Of a stretch of 36,256 nt of DNA, positions 1 through 9,964 are shown piece after piece. The notes below the pieces were generated by a model. That model was given only the letters and a program-made list of their open reading frames with translations, had not been told where the DNA came from and did no database searches. The DNA lies in the NCBI GenBank assembly GCA_938030915.1, contig CALHIO010000011.1, forward strand, positions 1 to 36,256, written 5' to 3'. The position numbers and the translations under genes are program-made. The DNA is from an uncultured Gemmatimonadota bacterium. GTDB taxonomy: Bacteria; Gemmatimonadota; Gemmatimonadetes; Longimicrobiales; Gaopeijiaceae. The first letter of the stretch is position 1, and each line of letters opens with the position of its first letter.

Positions 1-907
1 GCGTCGCCGAACGCGGGCTGCCATCTCGTCTCCAGCTTCGCTGCAGTGACGATATCCTGCGTGCCGAGATGCTCCACGAACAGCTGAGCGCTCTCACGCT
101 CCCCCGTCCCCGCGACCACCGCTACGCCTCGCGCGAGGACCGGTGATCCCGACTCGGGCACCCGGTAGTAGAGCCACGGCGCCTCGTCGGCCCGGGCAGA
201 CTCCACGTCCGCTTGCGGAAGTACGGCGAGCCTGGAGCGACCGGCCCCGAGCGCCCGGACGGCGTCGGCGACACTACCGGAATACGTGTCCACCTGACCA
301 TCCAGGGCAATCAGCCAGTCGAATCCAGCCTGCACCTCCGTCTCACGCTCGTGATGTGCGAGCATCGAGGTCACGAACCATGAGCCGGCCTCGGACCGTT
401 GTGGGTCGAGGACTTCGATCTCGTCGACCCAGCGGAAGTGGCGAAGGTCGTTCCAGTCGGTCGGCGCCCGCGCCAGCTCCAGATCGTCCCTGCTGAACGC
501 GATCACCCAGGGCGTGATCATCAGTGCATGCCACAGATCCTGGTCGCTCGCCATCATCAGTCCGGGCTCGTCCACCCACGAAGGCCGATACGGCTCGAGA
601 AGGTCGGCCCGGGCGGCCGCATGCAGAGTCCACACATCCGCCCCCCACCAGACGTCGAAGGGTGCACCGGATTCGCCGCTGACTTCGGCCCCGTCCCCCG
701 CAGGACCTCGCAGCTCCTCGAGCGCTTCGCGGACGGTCCCTTCGGTGAAACGCACGTCGATGTCCGCGTACGCGGTCTCGAACGTCTCTTCGACGTACTC
801 CCGAAGCCCCGCCGGAAGGTCGGTCCGCACATCGAGCACGATCGGGCGACGCTCTCCGACACATGCGACGGCGAGAAGCGTTCCGAGAAGTGCGATCCCA
901 CGTACCA
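1..907 (-). CDS. ABC-transporter extracellular solute-binding lipoprotein (family 1, FbpA/AfuA/PotD-like); C-terminus lies outside the window
   Basis: Own translation of the minus strand. The ATG at 907 lies 7 nt after the stop of the PIG-L gene. The product starts MVRGIALLGTLLAVAC (lipobox signal) and continues ...APFDVWWGADVWTLHAAARADLLEPYRPSWVDEP...ITPWVIAFSRDDL.... The frame stays open to position 1. It is absent from the ORF track because no stop codon is seen. Confidence 0.7.
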
Positions 908-913
908 TCACGA

Positions 914-3604
914 CTACCTCGCCGAGAACGCCGCCCACGCTCCGGCATCGAGCGAAATCAGGTTCGCGAAGAGCCGATAGGCTCCCGGGACCTGGCCTGC
1001 CCACTGTCGGAAGAAGGAGAGGGCCGAGTAGACGAAGACACCGTCGCCGACGGATGTGGCGAGCATGGAGCCATGTCGTGGCTCTTCACCCGGGTCGTTG
1101 AGCTCCAGAAGAGGCGTGTACCGTTCGTCCCATGTCGATGCGAAGTAGAGCCCTCGTTCCTGGGCCCACCCATCGAAGTCCTCATCACGGATGCGATTCG
1201 GTGAGGTGAAGATCGGCGCGTCCGGCTCGAGGATGCGTACCGGAGCGGTCTCGTCCGAAACGCGGGGAGAGCCACGCCCGACGGTCATCTCCCACGGAGC
1301 CAGGCTTCCGAGCGGACCGCGGTTGTACTGCACGATCACCGTCCCACCTGCTCGGGCGAAATCGAGTAGCTGCGCAGACGCGGCCTGCAGGTCACGACGC
1401 GTCTCGTACGCCCGCACACCCAGGACGATCGTCGTGAAGTCACCGAAGTCACCGTCCCGAACGCGCGCTTCATCGAGCATCTCGACCTCGGCGCCCATCT
1501 GGCGTATGGCCTCGGGACCGTCATCCCCCGACCCCATGATGTATCCGACCCGGACACCCTCCCGAACGGCCACCGGGACGACGGATACAGTCGCCTCGGC
1601 GTCCGAGTACAACGCAGTCCGCTCGATGTGCTCGTAATCGATCAGGGCGTATCCTTCGTCGTAGATACGACCATCGTCCGTCCGAGCACTGACGTCGAAC
1701 GTGTGTCGGCCGGTCGCCACCGCTCCCTCCGGCCGAACCTGAAAGGTCATCGAACGCTCGGCCCCCGCCTCGTCGAGTGTGAACGCCTGCGAGGTGGGCG
1801 TGACCGTCCACCCCGACGGCGCCTCCATCGCGACCGAGCCACGGCTACCCTGCTCCGCCTCGGCCCGGACGACCACGGTGACGTCCTGCGCGCCCGACTT
1901 GCTCTGTGGCCAGGTAACGCCAGCAGGGGCCACCGAAACCGACACAGCCGGAACCACCAGAACCGGCTTGTCGAACTCCCCGAGGGCCGGATCGACTCCG
2001 ACGTACCGCCAGTCCGAGCTCACCATGACCCGCCCCGTGCGCTCCATCGTGCTGGCGAATGCAGGATCCTCGGAGACGAATCCGAACGATGCCGAGCCCT
2101 GCACGAGCTCCGGGTCGCGAGCGAGGCCCCAGAGGTCCGGATCGTCCGGCCAGACGTATCGCGCTCCGGTACGAGCCTCGCGCAGGAAGTACGGCCGGGA
2201 CACCTTCGCGTCCTGCGGGACGGTCACATCGTACGTGAAGACCGCGAGTCGACCCGGCCTGAGCGCGCCATCAGCATCCAGGCCGTCCACCTCGACGAGT
2301 GTTGCTGTCCAGCCGTCGGGCAGGGCGAGAGACGTCTCGGGATTCGTGAGGGTGTACGCGCCGCCGTTCCAGAGCTGAGCACGCACGGCAACCTGCTGCC
2401 CAGGCACCAGCAGATCATCCTCTGAACGGAGATCGAACGAAACGCCGGTAGCCGCGAAGACGGCACGATCCGCGACGTACAGTCGCGCCGCAATCGCGCC
2501 GGTGAACTCGGCATCCCCGGCATCTCCGACCACATCTCGAGCCATGCGCAGATGCGTCCGCGCCTCGAGGAGGTGAGGGGCAATCGGCATGGGATCGAGA
2601 CCGAACTCCCCGATCGCCGCGAGCAGGGATCGCCGATACGCCTCGAGATGCCCACGCGCCGCGCCTGCCGCGGCCCCGGTCAGGCCGGCGGTGACGCCGA
2701 CCAGCGTGGTGTCGATGCCAGCGAAGATCTCCTCGACGTCCTCCCCGACGCGGCTCTCGACCAGGATCACTCCGGTCAGGCTCGGTCCCGGAGGCTGGCC
2801 CGCACCCATGTTCTGCGAACGGTGCTGGCTCCGGCTTTCCATGGACAGCTGGAGCAGTGAGCGCCCGAGCAGCGGATCATGCACGCCGGTCTGGACGTCG
2901 AGAGATCCATCGTCCACGCCTCCCTGCGTGGTGAAGAAGCGACGCCGCGAAGACTGATACAGCTTGGAGGGTGCCCACGCCTCGACCCCCAGATCGAGCT
3001 GCTCCGGAAAACGAGAGGGATCTCCGGCCGCCGCGAAGGCGTCCCGTGCCATGATGCCCGCAGCCTGATGCTGGCCATGACCGTCCGCCGGCGTACCGCT
3101 GAACACCGAGATGATCACGTGCGGCCGGAAGGAGCGTACAACCCAGACGACGTCTGCCAGGAGCTCTTCACGGGGCCAGAATGACAGTGCCTCCTCCGCA
3201 CTCTTCGAATACCCGTAGTCGAAGGCTCGGGTGAAGAACTGCCGCCCCCCGTCCAGCTCACGCGCAGCGAGAAGCTCACCCGTTCGAACGATGCCGAGTC
3301 CTTCCCAGAGCTCGGGACCGATGAGGTTCTGTCCACCATCCCCGCGTGTCAGCGCGAGGTACGCCGTCTCGACGCCCTGACCTCGTGCAAGCGTGGTCAG
3401 CAAGCTCGTGTCTTCATCGTCCGGGTGCGCCGCAATCATCAGAACGCGCTTCACCCCGTCCATCTGCCGAAGGAGGAGACCGGTGGCCACCGTGCCTGTG
3501 CCATCGAGGCGCTGGGCCTCCGCGGGAGCGACGTACGTCGACAGGCACAGAATGAGAGCAGCGACCGACGAGCTCGTCGCCCGGATCTTGAATGACGTCA
3601 TCAT
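914..3604 (-). CDS. Exported PIG-L/LmbE-family deacetylase with a large C-terminal extension (GATase1/ThuA-like region)
   Basis: Taken from the 899-aa ORF, whose listed start at 3613 is TTG. An ATG at 3604 preceded by GGAG is the more likely start. Signal peptide SSVAALILCLSTYVAPAEAQ. LmbE motifs MIAAHPDDEDT and TRGDGGQN are present. C-terminal block: GYIMGSGDDGPEAIRQMG...TIVLGVRAY...GGTVIVQYN. Confidence 0.85.
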   Translation of the reverse strand: MMTSFKIRATSSSVAALILCLSTYVAPAEAQRLDGTGTVATGLLLRQMDGVKRVLMIAAHPDDEDTSLLTTLARGQGVETAYLALTRGDGGQNLIGPELWEGLGIVRTGELLAARELDGGRQFFTRAFDYGYSKSAEEALSFWPREELLADVVWVVRSFRPHVIISVFSGTPADGHGQHQAAGIMARDAFAAAGDPSRFPEQLDLGVEAWAPSKLYQSSRRRFFTTQGGVDDGSLDVQTGVHDPLLGRSLLQLSMESRSQHRSQNMGAGQPPGPSLTGVILVESRVGEDVEEIFAGIDTTLVGVTAGLTGAAAGAARGHLEAYRRSLLAAIGEFGLDPMPIAPHLLEARTHLRMARDVVGDAGDAEFTGAIAARLYVADRAVFAATGVSFDLRSEDDLLVPGQQVAVRAQLWNGGAYTLTNPETSLALPDGWTATLVEVDGLDADGALRPGRLAVFTYDVTVPQDAKVSRPYFLREARTGARYVWPDDPDLWGLARDPELVQGSASFGFVSEDPAFASTMERTGRVMVSSDWRYVGVDPALGEFDKPVLVVPAVSVSVAPAGVTWPQSKSGAQDVTVVVRAEAEQGSRGSVAMEAPSGWTVTPTSQAFTLDEAGAERSMTFQVRPEGAVATGRHTFDVSARTDDGRIYDEGYALIDYEHIERTALYSDAEATVSVVPVAVREGVRVGYIMGSGDDGPEAIRQMGAEVEMLDEARVRDGDFGDFTTIVLGVRAYETRRDLQAASAQLLDFARAGGTVIVQYNRGPLGSLAPWEMTVGRGSPRVSDETAPVRILEPDAPIFTSPNRIRDEDFDGWAQERGLYFASTWDERYTPLLELNDPGEEPRHGSMLATSVGDGVFVYSALSFFRQWAGQVPGAYRLFANLISLDAGAWAAFSAR

Positions 3605-3716
3605 GCGCTCCAACGGGTCACACCTCCACCATCCAGACTCGATAAGGTAGAGGCGGGACTCCTGATCGTGGACACCTCACACGCCCGCTGCGCTCACACC
3701 GACCGGTCGGGACACC

Positions 3717-4643
3717 TCACCGGTGGGGCTCCCATGGGAGGGCAAGGGCTGCAGGCGCACGGGACTTCCCGACCCATCCGGCGAGAGCCGCGAGCGTCAG
3801 CACGTATGGAAAGGCCAGGAAGATCTGGTAGGCCAGATCGAAGCCGAGGGCCTGCAGGAAGAACTGGAGGGCGGACGCCGCCCCGAAGAACAGCGCGGCA
3901 AACAGGACCAGAATCGGGTTCCAGCGCCCCAGTACGACGACGGCGATGGCGATGAATCCCTTCCCGGCACTCATGTTCTCGGCAAAGGTGCCGGCGTGAG
4001 CCAATGCCAGATGGGCCCCGGCGATTCCGGCCATCGCACCGCCGAAGAGGGTGGCGGCGAAGCGAACCGTCCGCACGCGTACGCCAGCGGCCTCCGCCGC
4101 CGTCGGCGCCTCGCCGGTCGCACGCAGTTCGAGTCCCCAGGGAGTGCGGAACAGAACGTACCAGGCGACCGGAGCCATCACGTACGCCACGTACGCGGTG
4201 GGCGCCTGAGCGAACAGCGCGCTGCCGACGATGGGGATGTCCGAAAGCCCGGGGATGGCCAGGGGAGCCAGTGTCGGCAGAGAGAGTTCGGTGCCCGTTG
4301 CGCCAAATCGTGCCTGATAGACGGCTCCGGTCATGCCCAACCCACCGATCGTGACCGCCGTTCCCGTGATGATCTGGTCGGCCCCCAGGCCGATCGCGAA
4401 CACCGCGAACACGAGGGCGACGGTGAGACCGGCCAGGGCGCCCACCATTACACCGAGACCCGCTCCGTCGAAGGCCAGTGCTCCCAGAGCCCCTCCCAGG
4501 GCACCCGCAATGATCGATCCCTCGAGGCCGATGTTGATCACGCCGCTTCGCTCGGTGATGGTCTCACCCATCGCGGCGAGGGCGAGAGGGATGCCGAGGC
4601 GGACCGCGGATTCGAGGAAGAGGACGAGTTCGATCTGACTCAC
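3717..4643 (-). CDS. ABC transporter permease (BMP/nucleoside-type, YufQ/NupQ-like)
   Basis: Polytopic hydrophobic protein: IPLALAAMGETITERSGVINIGLEG.... The Arg-rich first 33 codons of the listed ORF look non-coding. A GTG at 4643 overlaps the upstream TGA as GTGA, which suggests translational coupling. Confidence 0.85.
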   Translation of the reverse strand: MSQIELVLFLESAVRLGIPLALAAMGETITERSGVINIGLEGSIIAGALGGALGALAFDGAGLGVMVGALAGLTVALVFAVFAIGLGADQIITGTAVTIGGLGMTGAVYQARFGATGTELSLPTLAPLAIPGLSDIPIVGSALFAQAPTAYVAYVMAPVAWYVLFRTPWGLELRATGEAPTAAEAAGVRVRTVRFAATLFGGAMAGIAGAHLALAHAGTFAENMSAGKGFIAIAVVVLGRWNPILVLFAALFFGAASALQFFLQALGFDLAYQIFLAFPYVLTLAALAGWVGKSRAPAALALPWEPHR

Positions 4644-5707
4644 GTCTCCCCCTCCCTCACATCGGATCCCGGACGTGCGGCCCGCACACGTTCCAGACCG
4701 AGTACCGCGAGAATGACGAGCGCCTCGACGACGTCCACCCACGCCGCCGGAATACCGGCGTCACGTTGCATCGCACCCGCACCCGCCCTGAGGGCCCCGA
4801 AGAAGATCGCGGTGATCACGACCCCACCGGGACGCAGCCCTGCGAGAAGAGCCACGGCGATCGCGGTGTAGCCCCAGCCCTCCGAGAGGTTCTCATAGAG
4901 TGCGTAGGTCAACCCTGAAACCTCGACGGCACCCGCCAGCCCCGCGATCGACCCAGAGGCCAGGAAGGCGATGAAGACGATCCGCGCCGGATCGATGCGG
5001 CCTGCGACAGCCGCCGCTTCCGGGGCCGCGCCGACCGCGCGGATGTGAAACCCGAATCGGGTACGCCGCATCATGAACGCCAGCGCCACGGCGATGACGA
5101 GGCCGAGCGCGAAGCCGATGTGCAGGCGCGTGCCCGGGATGAGCGTCGGAAGACGCGCCGCCTCGACGATTCTGTCGGTTTGAGGAAAGACGCCCCGCTC
5201 CTCCTGCAGGGGGCCGTGCACCATCCATGCTGCCATATAGATCCCGACGAAATTCATCAGGATCGTCGTGATCACCTCACCGATGCCGAGCCTGAGTCGC
5301 ATCAGTGTCGGAACGAGAGCCCATGCGGCCCCTGCGACGCACGATACCCCCAGCACGGCAGGAATCAGGATCGGACGGGGAAGACCGCTGAACGTCAGCG
5401 CCACCCAGACGCCTGCAACCGCCCCGGCGTAGAGCTGACCCTCCGCACCGATGTTCCACACACCCGCCCGAAACGCCAGCGCCACGGCGAGCCCCGCGAA
5501 GAGCAGCGGGACCGAGCGCACAAGCGTGATCGAGACGAACGTGTTCCAGCTTCCCACGGAGCCGCGCAGCATCGCTGCCCCCGCCGCGACCGGATCGTAC
5601 CCCCCCGCGAGAAGGAGTAGTGCTCCCGCGCCCAGTGTGAGCACCACCGCACCTGCACCCAGGAGAGCCGCCTCGCGCGCTCTGGCCGGAGCGATGCCTC
5701 CGGTCAC
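4640..5707 (-). CDS. ABC transporter permease (BMP/nucleoside-type, YufP/NupP-like)
   Basis: 355-aa multi-TM protein: ...GVWNIGAEGQLYAGAVAG.... The GTG start at 5707 overlaps the ATPase stop as GTGA. Confidence 0.85.
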   Translation of the reverse strand: MTGGIAPARAREAALLGAGAVVLTLGAGALLLLAGGYDPVAAGAAMLRGSVGSWNTFVSITLVRSVPLLFAGLAVALAFRAGVWNIGAEGQLYAGAVAGVWVALTFSGLPRPILIPAVLGVSCVAGAAWALVPTLMRLRLGIGEVITTILMNFVGIYMAAWMVHGPLQEERGVFPQTDRIVEAARLPTLIPGTRLHIGFALGLVIAVALAFMMRRTRFGFHIRAVGAAPEAAAVAGRIDPARIVFIAFLASGSIAGLAGAVEVSGLTYALYENLSEGWGYTAIAVALLAGLRPGGVVITAIFFGALRAGAGAMQRDAGIPAAWVDVVEALVILAVLGLERVRAARPGSDVREGET

Positions 5708-7215
5708 GCGACCTCGCCTCCACCCGAGAGCATGAGGGCCCCCACCCCCGCACGGGTGCGTTCATCCGCCGGCACGTCGATCACGTGTCCGCGAGACATG
5801 ACGACGACCCGTTCGGCCAGCCCCAGCACCTCATCGAGGTCGGTGGAGATCAGCACGATCGCCACACCCTCTGCAGCGAGTCGCTCGAGCTCGCCGTGCA
5901 CATATGCAGCGGCGGCCACGTCGAGTCCTCGCGTCGGATTCTCCGCGACGAGCATGGGCGCCCCCAGTGCGAGCTCCCTGCCGATAATGACACGTTGCTG
6001 GTTTCCGCCGGAGAGCGCGCTCGCAAGCGTCGCGGTCGAGGGGGCCGCCACCTGAAAACGGGTCCGGATGCGCTCGGCTTCTTCGCCCATCGCATCCCAC
6101 GGCATCAGCCATCCGGATCCGAAACGGTCGAGGCGAGCGAGTCCGAGGGCGATGTTCTCCGTCAGGTCGAACTCCGACACGAGGCCCTCGGTGCGTCTGT
6201 CCTGAGGAATGTAGGCGACCTCGTCCGGCACCTCCGCTCGACCCATGGCCGGCGGGCGACGGCCTGAGAGTACGAGGGCAAGCTCGTGTTGGCCGTTCCC
6301 CTCCACACCAGCCACGCCGAGCACCTCGCCGGCACGCACGTCGAGCGTGACGTTCTCGAGCCGCTCGCCACACACCCCGCTGAGCTGAGCGACGACCTGA
6401 CGCGCTTCAGGGTCGGTCTCCACCTCGGGACGTGATGCCGCCGCGGCTCCGGCTCCGGCTCCGGTCGGAGCGTCGACGTGAACACCGAGCGCCATCTCGT
6501 CGGCGATACCGTCCCCGACCATGGCGACCACCAGGCCTCGTGCGGACACGTCATTGCGGTGGGCGGCCAGAACGGTACGCCCTTCCCGGAGGACCGTCAG
6601 ACGGTCGGACACGGCGAGCACCTCGTCGAGCTTGTGCGCGACCAGAGCGACGGCCCGCCCCTCTCCGGCCAGATCCCGCAGGAGCTGGAAAAGGCCGCTG
6701 ACCTCCTCGGGCGTCAGTACAGCCGTCGGCTCATCGAGAACCAGTACCGTCGGATCTCTGAGGAGCGTCTTCAGGATCTCCGTTCGCTGGCGATCGCCGA
6801 CTCCGATCGAGGCCACCGTGGCGTCGAGCGGCACCCGCAGACCGGTTCGGTCCATCGTGGCCTCCACCGCTTGGCCGATCTCGTCGAGCGAGCGACCCCG
6901 CGTCCCGAGTGCCAGGTTCTCCCGGACCGACAGGGCCGGCACCAGGGTGAAGTGCTGATGAACCAGCCCGATGCGCAGCGCCCATGCGTCTCGCGGGCTC
7001 GCCAGCGAAACAGGTACTCCGTCGACGTGGATCGTGCCCCCGTCCGGAGCCAGCAGGCCACCGAGTACGTTGAAGAGTGTCGATTTGCCGGCACCGTTGG
7101 CTCCGAGAACGCCGTGTACCTCACCGGCGAAGAGATCCAGGTCGGCACCCGTCAGAGCGTGAACCTGCCCGAACCGCCGCTGAACGCCGCGGAGTCGGAC
7201 GAGTGGCTCGCTCAC
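5704..7215 (-). CDS. ABC transporter ATP-binding protein with duplicated ATPase domains (BMP/nucleoside or sugar-type)
   Basis: Walker A GANGAGKST, a second ABC signature LSGGNQQR, and Walker B LVLDEPT. The true start is probably the GTG at 7215 (VSEPLVRLRGVQRRFG), 2 nt after the upstream TAG. The first 86 codons of the listed 589-aa ORF are Arg/Ser-rich and overlap the SBP gene. Confidence 0.9.
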   Translation of the reverse strand: MSEPLVRLRGVQRRFGQVHALTGADLDLFAGEVHGVLGANGAGKSTLFNVLGGLLAPDGGTIHVDGVPVSLASPRDAWALRIGLVHQHFTLVPALSVRENLALGTRGRSLDEIGQAVEATMDRTGLRVPLDATVASIGVGDRQRTEILKTLLRDPTVLVLDEPTAVLTPEEVSGLFQLLRDLAGEGRAVALVAHKLDEVLAVSDRLTVLREGRTVLAAHRNDVSARGLVVAMVGDGIADEMALGVHVDAPTGAGAGAAAASRPEVETDPEARQVVAQLSGVCGERLENVTLDVRAGEVLGVAGVEGNGQHELALVLSGRRPPAMGRAEVPDEVAYIPQDRRTEGLVSEFDLTENIALGLARLDRFGSGWLMPWDAMGEEAERIRTRFQVAAPSTATLASALSGGNQQRVIIGRELALGAPMLVAENPTRGLDVAAAAYVHGELERLAAEGVAIVLISTDLDEVLGLAERVVVMSRGHVIDVPADERTRAGVGALMLSGGGEVA

Positions 7216-7216
7216 G

Positions 7217-8263
7217 CTAGCGGCCTTCGTCCTCGCCCTCCACGAAGACCACACGCGGAATGTCGACGTCACCGGCACGAATCGCCGCCTTTGTCGATGC
7301 GATCCGTTCGATCGCTTCGGCCGGTACGCGGTCCATGAGAACCGGGTTGAACACGAAGTCGATGACGTCCTGTTCGGTGTTCGCGTAGATCGCTGCCCCA
7401 CCGATACCACCCGACTGCCAGAGGCGCGCGGTGGCGAGGAACGCATCCGCGATGCGGATAACGGCACTCCCAATGATCACGTCGGGCGCGACCGCGTTCT
7501 GGTCACTGTTCATCCCGACGGCATACGCCACGTTCCCTTCGTCTACGACCTCGCGAACGGCCTGGAAGACGGCGAAGGACGCCGCGTCGAGATTGTGGAT
7601 GATGACGTCCGCCCCACGGCTGAGCTGGGCGACGGTGGCTTCCTTGGCCGCCGCCACGTCGTTCCAGTCCCCGGTGAAGACCTCGAGTACCTCGATCTCG
7701 GGATCGACGGCACGGACTCCGGCCTCGAACGCAACGAAGGTCCCGCGGGCGGGCGGGATCGCGACGCCCCCGACCATCCCGACGACCTTCGACTCCGTCA
7801 TGTACGCGGCCGCCATTCCTGCCAGGTAGCTTCCTTCTTCGAGCCGGAAGATCAACGGGGCGACGTTCTCCGAGATCCGTCCGCCACCGGAGACCACGAT
7901 CGTCACGTCGGGAAACTGTTCACCCGCCCGGATCGCAGCGTCCTGATACTCGTTCCCGTGCGCGAAGATGATGTCGTAACCCGACGACGCGTATGCGATG
8001 AAGGCCTCATCGAACTCTGCGGGCGTCGCGGTCTGTTGGTGACTTATCGATGCCCCTAGGGAGTCCTCGATCAGAAGGAGCCCATCGTACGCGCCCGCGT
8101 ACCAACCCGCGTCGCTCACCGGCCCGGAGGTGAGGAGGGCGACGCGTAGTGTGTCGGATGGCTCACCCGACTCGCCGCCACAACCTGCGACCAGCCCTGC
8201 GACCAGAAGGGTTACGACGGGGCGGATCCGCCAGTGAAGTCGACGCCCGTTGACCAGTTGCAT
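7217..8263 (-). CDS. BMP-family (Med/PnrA/TmpC-like) ABC transporter substrate-binding lipoprotein
   Basis: ATG start. Lipobox LVAGLVAGCGG. BMP-like blocks: LLTSGPVSDAGWYAGAYDG, IIFAHGNEYQDA and VGMVGGVAIPP. First gene of a four-gene operon. Confidence 0.85.
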   Translation of the reverse strand: MQLVNGRRLHWRIRPVVTLLVAGLVAGCGGESGEPSDTLRVALLTSGPVSDAGWYAGAYDGLLLIEDSLGASISHQQTATPAEFDEAFIAYASSGYDIIFAHGNEYQDAAIRAGEQFPDVTIVVSGGGRISENVAPLIFRLEEGSYLAGMAAAYMTESKVVGMVGGVAIPPARGTFVAFEAGVRAVDPEIEVLEVFTGDWNDVAAAKEATVAQLSRGADVIIHNLDAASFAVFQAVREVVDEGNVAYAVGMNSDQNAVAPDVIIGSAVIRIADAFLATARLWQSGGIGGAAIYANTEQDVIDFVFNPVLMDRVPAEAIERIASTKAAIRAGDVDIPRVVFVEGEDEGR

Positions 8264-8414
8264 GACCGTTCGCTCCAGGCAGAAAGGTGTGATGGAGGGG
8301 TGAATAAACCGGTGTCTGTCGGAGGTTCAGCCGGCCGGATATGTTCGGCCCGAATCCCCCGCCAGGCGACAACGTACCCGATGCGAGACGCCATCGTTAC
8401 TACTCGGAGACCAC

Positions 8415-9833
8415 ATGACTGAGCAGCGAGGAAACTGGACCTCCAGCGCAGGCTTCATTCTGGCCGCAACCGGAAGCGCCATCGGCCTGGGTAATCTGTG
8501 GAAGTTTCCGTTCATCACGTGGGAGAACAACGGCGGCGCGTTCGTTCTGGTCTACCTCGTATGCATCGCAGCCGTCGGCCTGCCGATCATGATGGCTGAG
8601 TTGCTCATCGGCCGAAAGACTCAGAAGAGCGCCGTCGGAGCGTTGAAAGAGGCCGTCGGACCCGCGTGGGGACTGGTAGGACTCTGGGGTGTGCTGTGCG
8701 GCTTCACACTCCTGAGTTACTACACGGTCATCGCGGGCTGGTCGCTCTTCTTCTTCGCGAAGACCGCGGGATGGATGGTCGGAGGCTTCCCCGCCGGCAC
8801 GACGCTGGGAGACGTGTTCACCGAGCAGGCCGCGAACGGGGGCCTGCAGCTCGGCCTCTCGCTCGGATTCAGCATCGCTACCGTTACGGTGGTGTATTTC
8901 GGCGTCCAGAAGGGCATCGAAAAGATCGCGCGTCTGTTCCTGCCGATCCTTTTCTGCATCCTCGCCCTGCTCTTCTTCGTCTCCTTCGCCATGGAGGGGT
9001 CGGGCGAAGCGCTGCGCTTCATCTTCCGCCCGAGCTTTGGAGAGTTGGACGGGGGCAGCGTGCTTGAAGCACTTGGCCACGCCTTCTTCACACTCTCGCT
9101 CGGCATGGGCGCGATGATCACCTATGGGTCGTACATCGCCCGGAACCAGTCGATCGTAAAGGCATCCGGCGTCATCGTTCTACTCGACACGGTGATCGCT
9201 CTCGTCGCCACGGTCATCATGTTCACCGTGATCTTCACGGCCGGCATGCAGGATCAGGTCAGTGAGACCGGAACCGTCGGCATGCTCTTCATTTCGCTGC
9301 CGCAGCTCTTCTTCGCCGAAGGCATCGTACCCGGCGGGACCGTGCTTGCCCCGCTCTTCTACGTACTCGTCGCCCTCGCTGCGCTGACGTCGACCATGTC
9401 GCTGCTCGAGGTCGTCGCGTCGTACGTGATCGACGAGCACGGGATCGAGCGAGGTAAGGCGACACTGATGTGCGGAGGTGCGGTGTTCCTCTTCACGATC
9501 CTCGCCGCGCTCTCCTTCGGCGGCGGCAGTTTCGCGAGCAACGTCTCCGTACCGGGCTTCGTCGGTGATCTCTTCTTCGCCGGCAAGTCCAGCTGGTTCG
9601 GGATGGCCGACCACTTCGTGTCGAACTGGATGCTACCGACGGGCGGCCTCGCGATCACGATCGCGGCTGGATGGTTCATGTCGAAAGAGTCGTCGCAGGC
9701 CGAGCTGGTCGACGAGACCACCCCCAACTGGTTCAACTACGACATCTGGCGGTTCTTCATCCGCTTCGTTTCTCCCCTGGCTGTTGCCGCGATCATTATC
9801 GCCGTCCTTTTCTTCGGGGTCGACTTCAGCTGA
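8415..9833 (+). CDS. Sodium-dependent transporter, neurotransmitter:sodium symporter (NSS/SNF) family
   Basis: N-terminal hallmark WTSSAGFILAATGSAIGLGNLWKFPF. About 11-12 hydrophobic segments. GGAGA lies 6 nt upstream of the ATG. Confidence 0.9.
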   Translation: MTEQRGNWTSSAGFILAATGSAIGLGNLWKFPFITWENNGGAFVLVYLVCIAAVGLPIMMAELLIGRKTQKSAVGALKEAVGPAWGLVGLWGVLCGFTLLSYYTVIAGWSLFFFAKTAGWMVGGFPAGTTLGDVFTEQAANGGLQLGLSLGFSIATVTVVYFGVQKGIEKIARLFLPILFCILALLFFVSFAMEGSGEALRFIFRPSFGELDGGSVLEALGHAFFTLSLGMGAMITYGSYIARNQSIVKASGVIVLLDTVIALVATVIMFTVIFTAGMQDQVSETGTVGMLFISLPQLFFAEGIVPGGTVLAPLFYVLVALAALTSTMSLLEVVASYVIDEHGIERGKATLMCGGAVFLFTILAALSFGGGSFASNVSVPGFVGDLFFAGKSSWFGMADHFVSNWMLPTGGLAITIAAGWFMSKESSQAELVDETTPNWFNYDIWRFFIRFVSPLAVAAIIIAVLFFGVDFS

Positions 9834-9848
9834 TCTCCGTGGGGTACC

Positions 9849-9876
9849 GGGGGCGGGATCCTGCGATTCCGCCCCC
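9849..9876 (+). terminator. GC-rich hairpin after the NSS transporter gene (terminator-like, no U-tract)
   Basis: GGGGGCGGGATC-CTGC-GATTCCGCCCCC forms a 12-bp stem (one G-T pair) with a 4-nt loop. It lies 16 nt after the stop codon. Confidence 0.5.
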
Positions 9877-9964
9877 GTGCACCCCTTCGTGAGACCGCAC
9901 CGGGCGTACAGCGGCGCCAAACCTAGCTGGACCGTGGATTCTTCTACTTTGCAAACCCCTGGCT

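Noticed and set aside
3670-3720. 11-bp direct repeat GGACACCTCAC at 3670-3680 and 3710-3720, flanking the palindrome CCGACCGGTCGG (3699-3710) between the ABC operon and the PIG-L gene
   Set aside because: The repeat is short and has only two copies, and the second copy overlaps the permease stop codon. It could be a weak terminator or operator, but there is not enough evidence to call it.
3723-4871. 382-aa plus-strand ORF
   Set aside because: It is antisense to the two ABC permease genes. The product is highly charged and Arg/Gly/Glu-rich, unlike a real protein.
6445-6462. Tandem hexamer (GGCTCC)x3
   Set aside because: It encodes the Gly/Ala linker (TGAGAGAAAA) between the two ATPase domains of the ABC protein. 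This is low-complexity coding sequence, not a repeat element or CRISPR.
6478-7338. 286-aa plus-strand ORF. Other mid-size ORFs of the same kind: 9970-10674(-), 15348-16076(+), 18148-18849(+), 20741-21454(-), 21292-22056(-), 22253-22978(+), 26958-27710(+), 32918-33682(-), 33783-34415(-).
   Set aside because: All are antisense or out-of-frame overlaps of genes with clear family signatures. Their compositions are low-complexity and Arg-rich.
7216-7473. N-terminal extension of the ABC ATPase ORF. Similar extensions occur at 4644-4742, 17291-17761, 21124-21411, 24105-24200 and 27616-27702.
   Set aside because: The extensions are Arg/Ser/Pro-rich and overlap upstream genes or promoters. Internal ATG/GTG starts give canonical N-termini, signal peptides, SD sequences or start/stop coupling.
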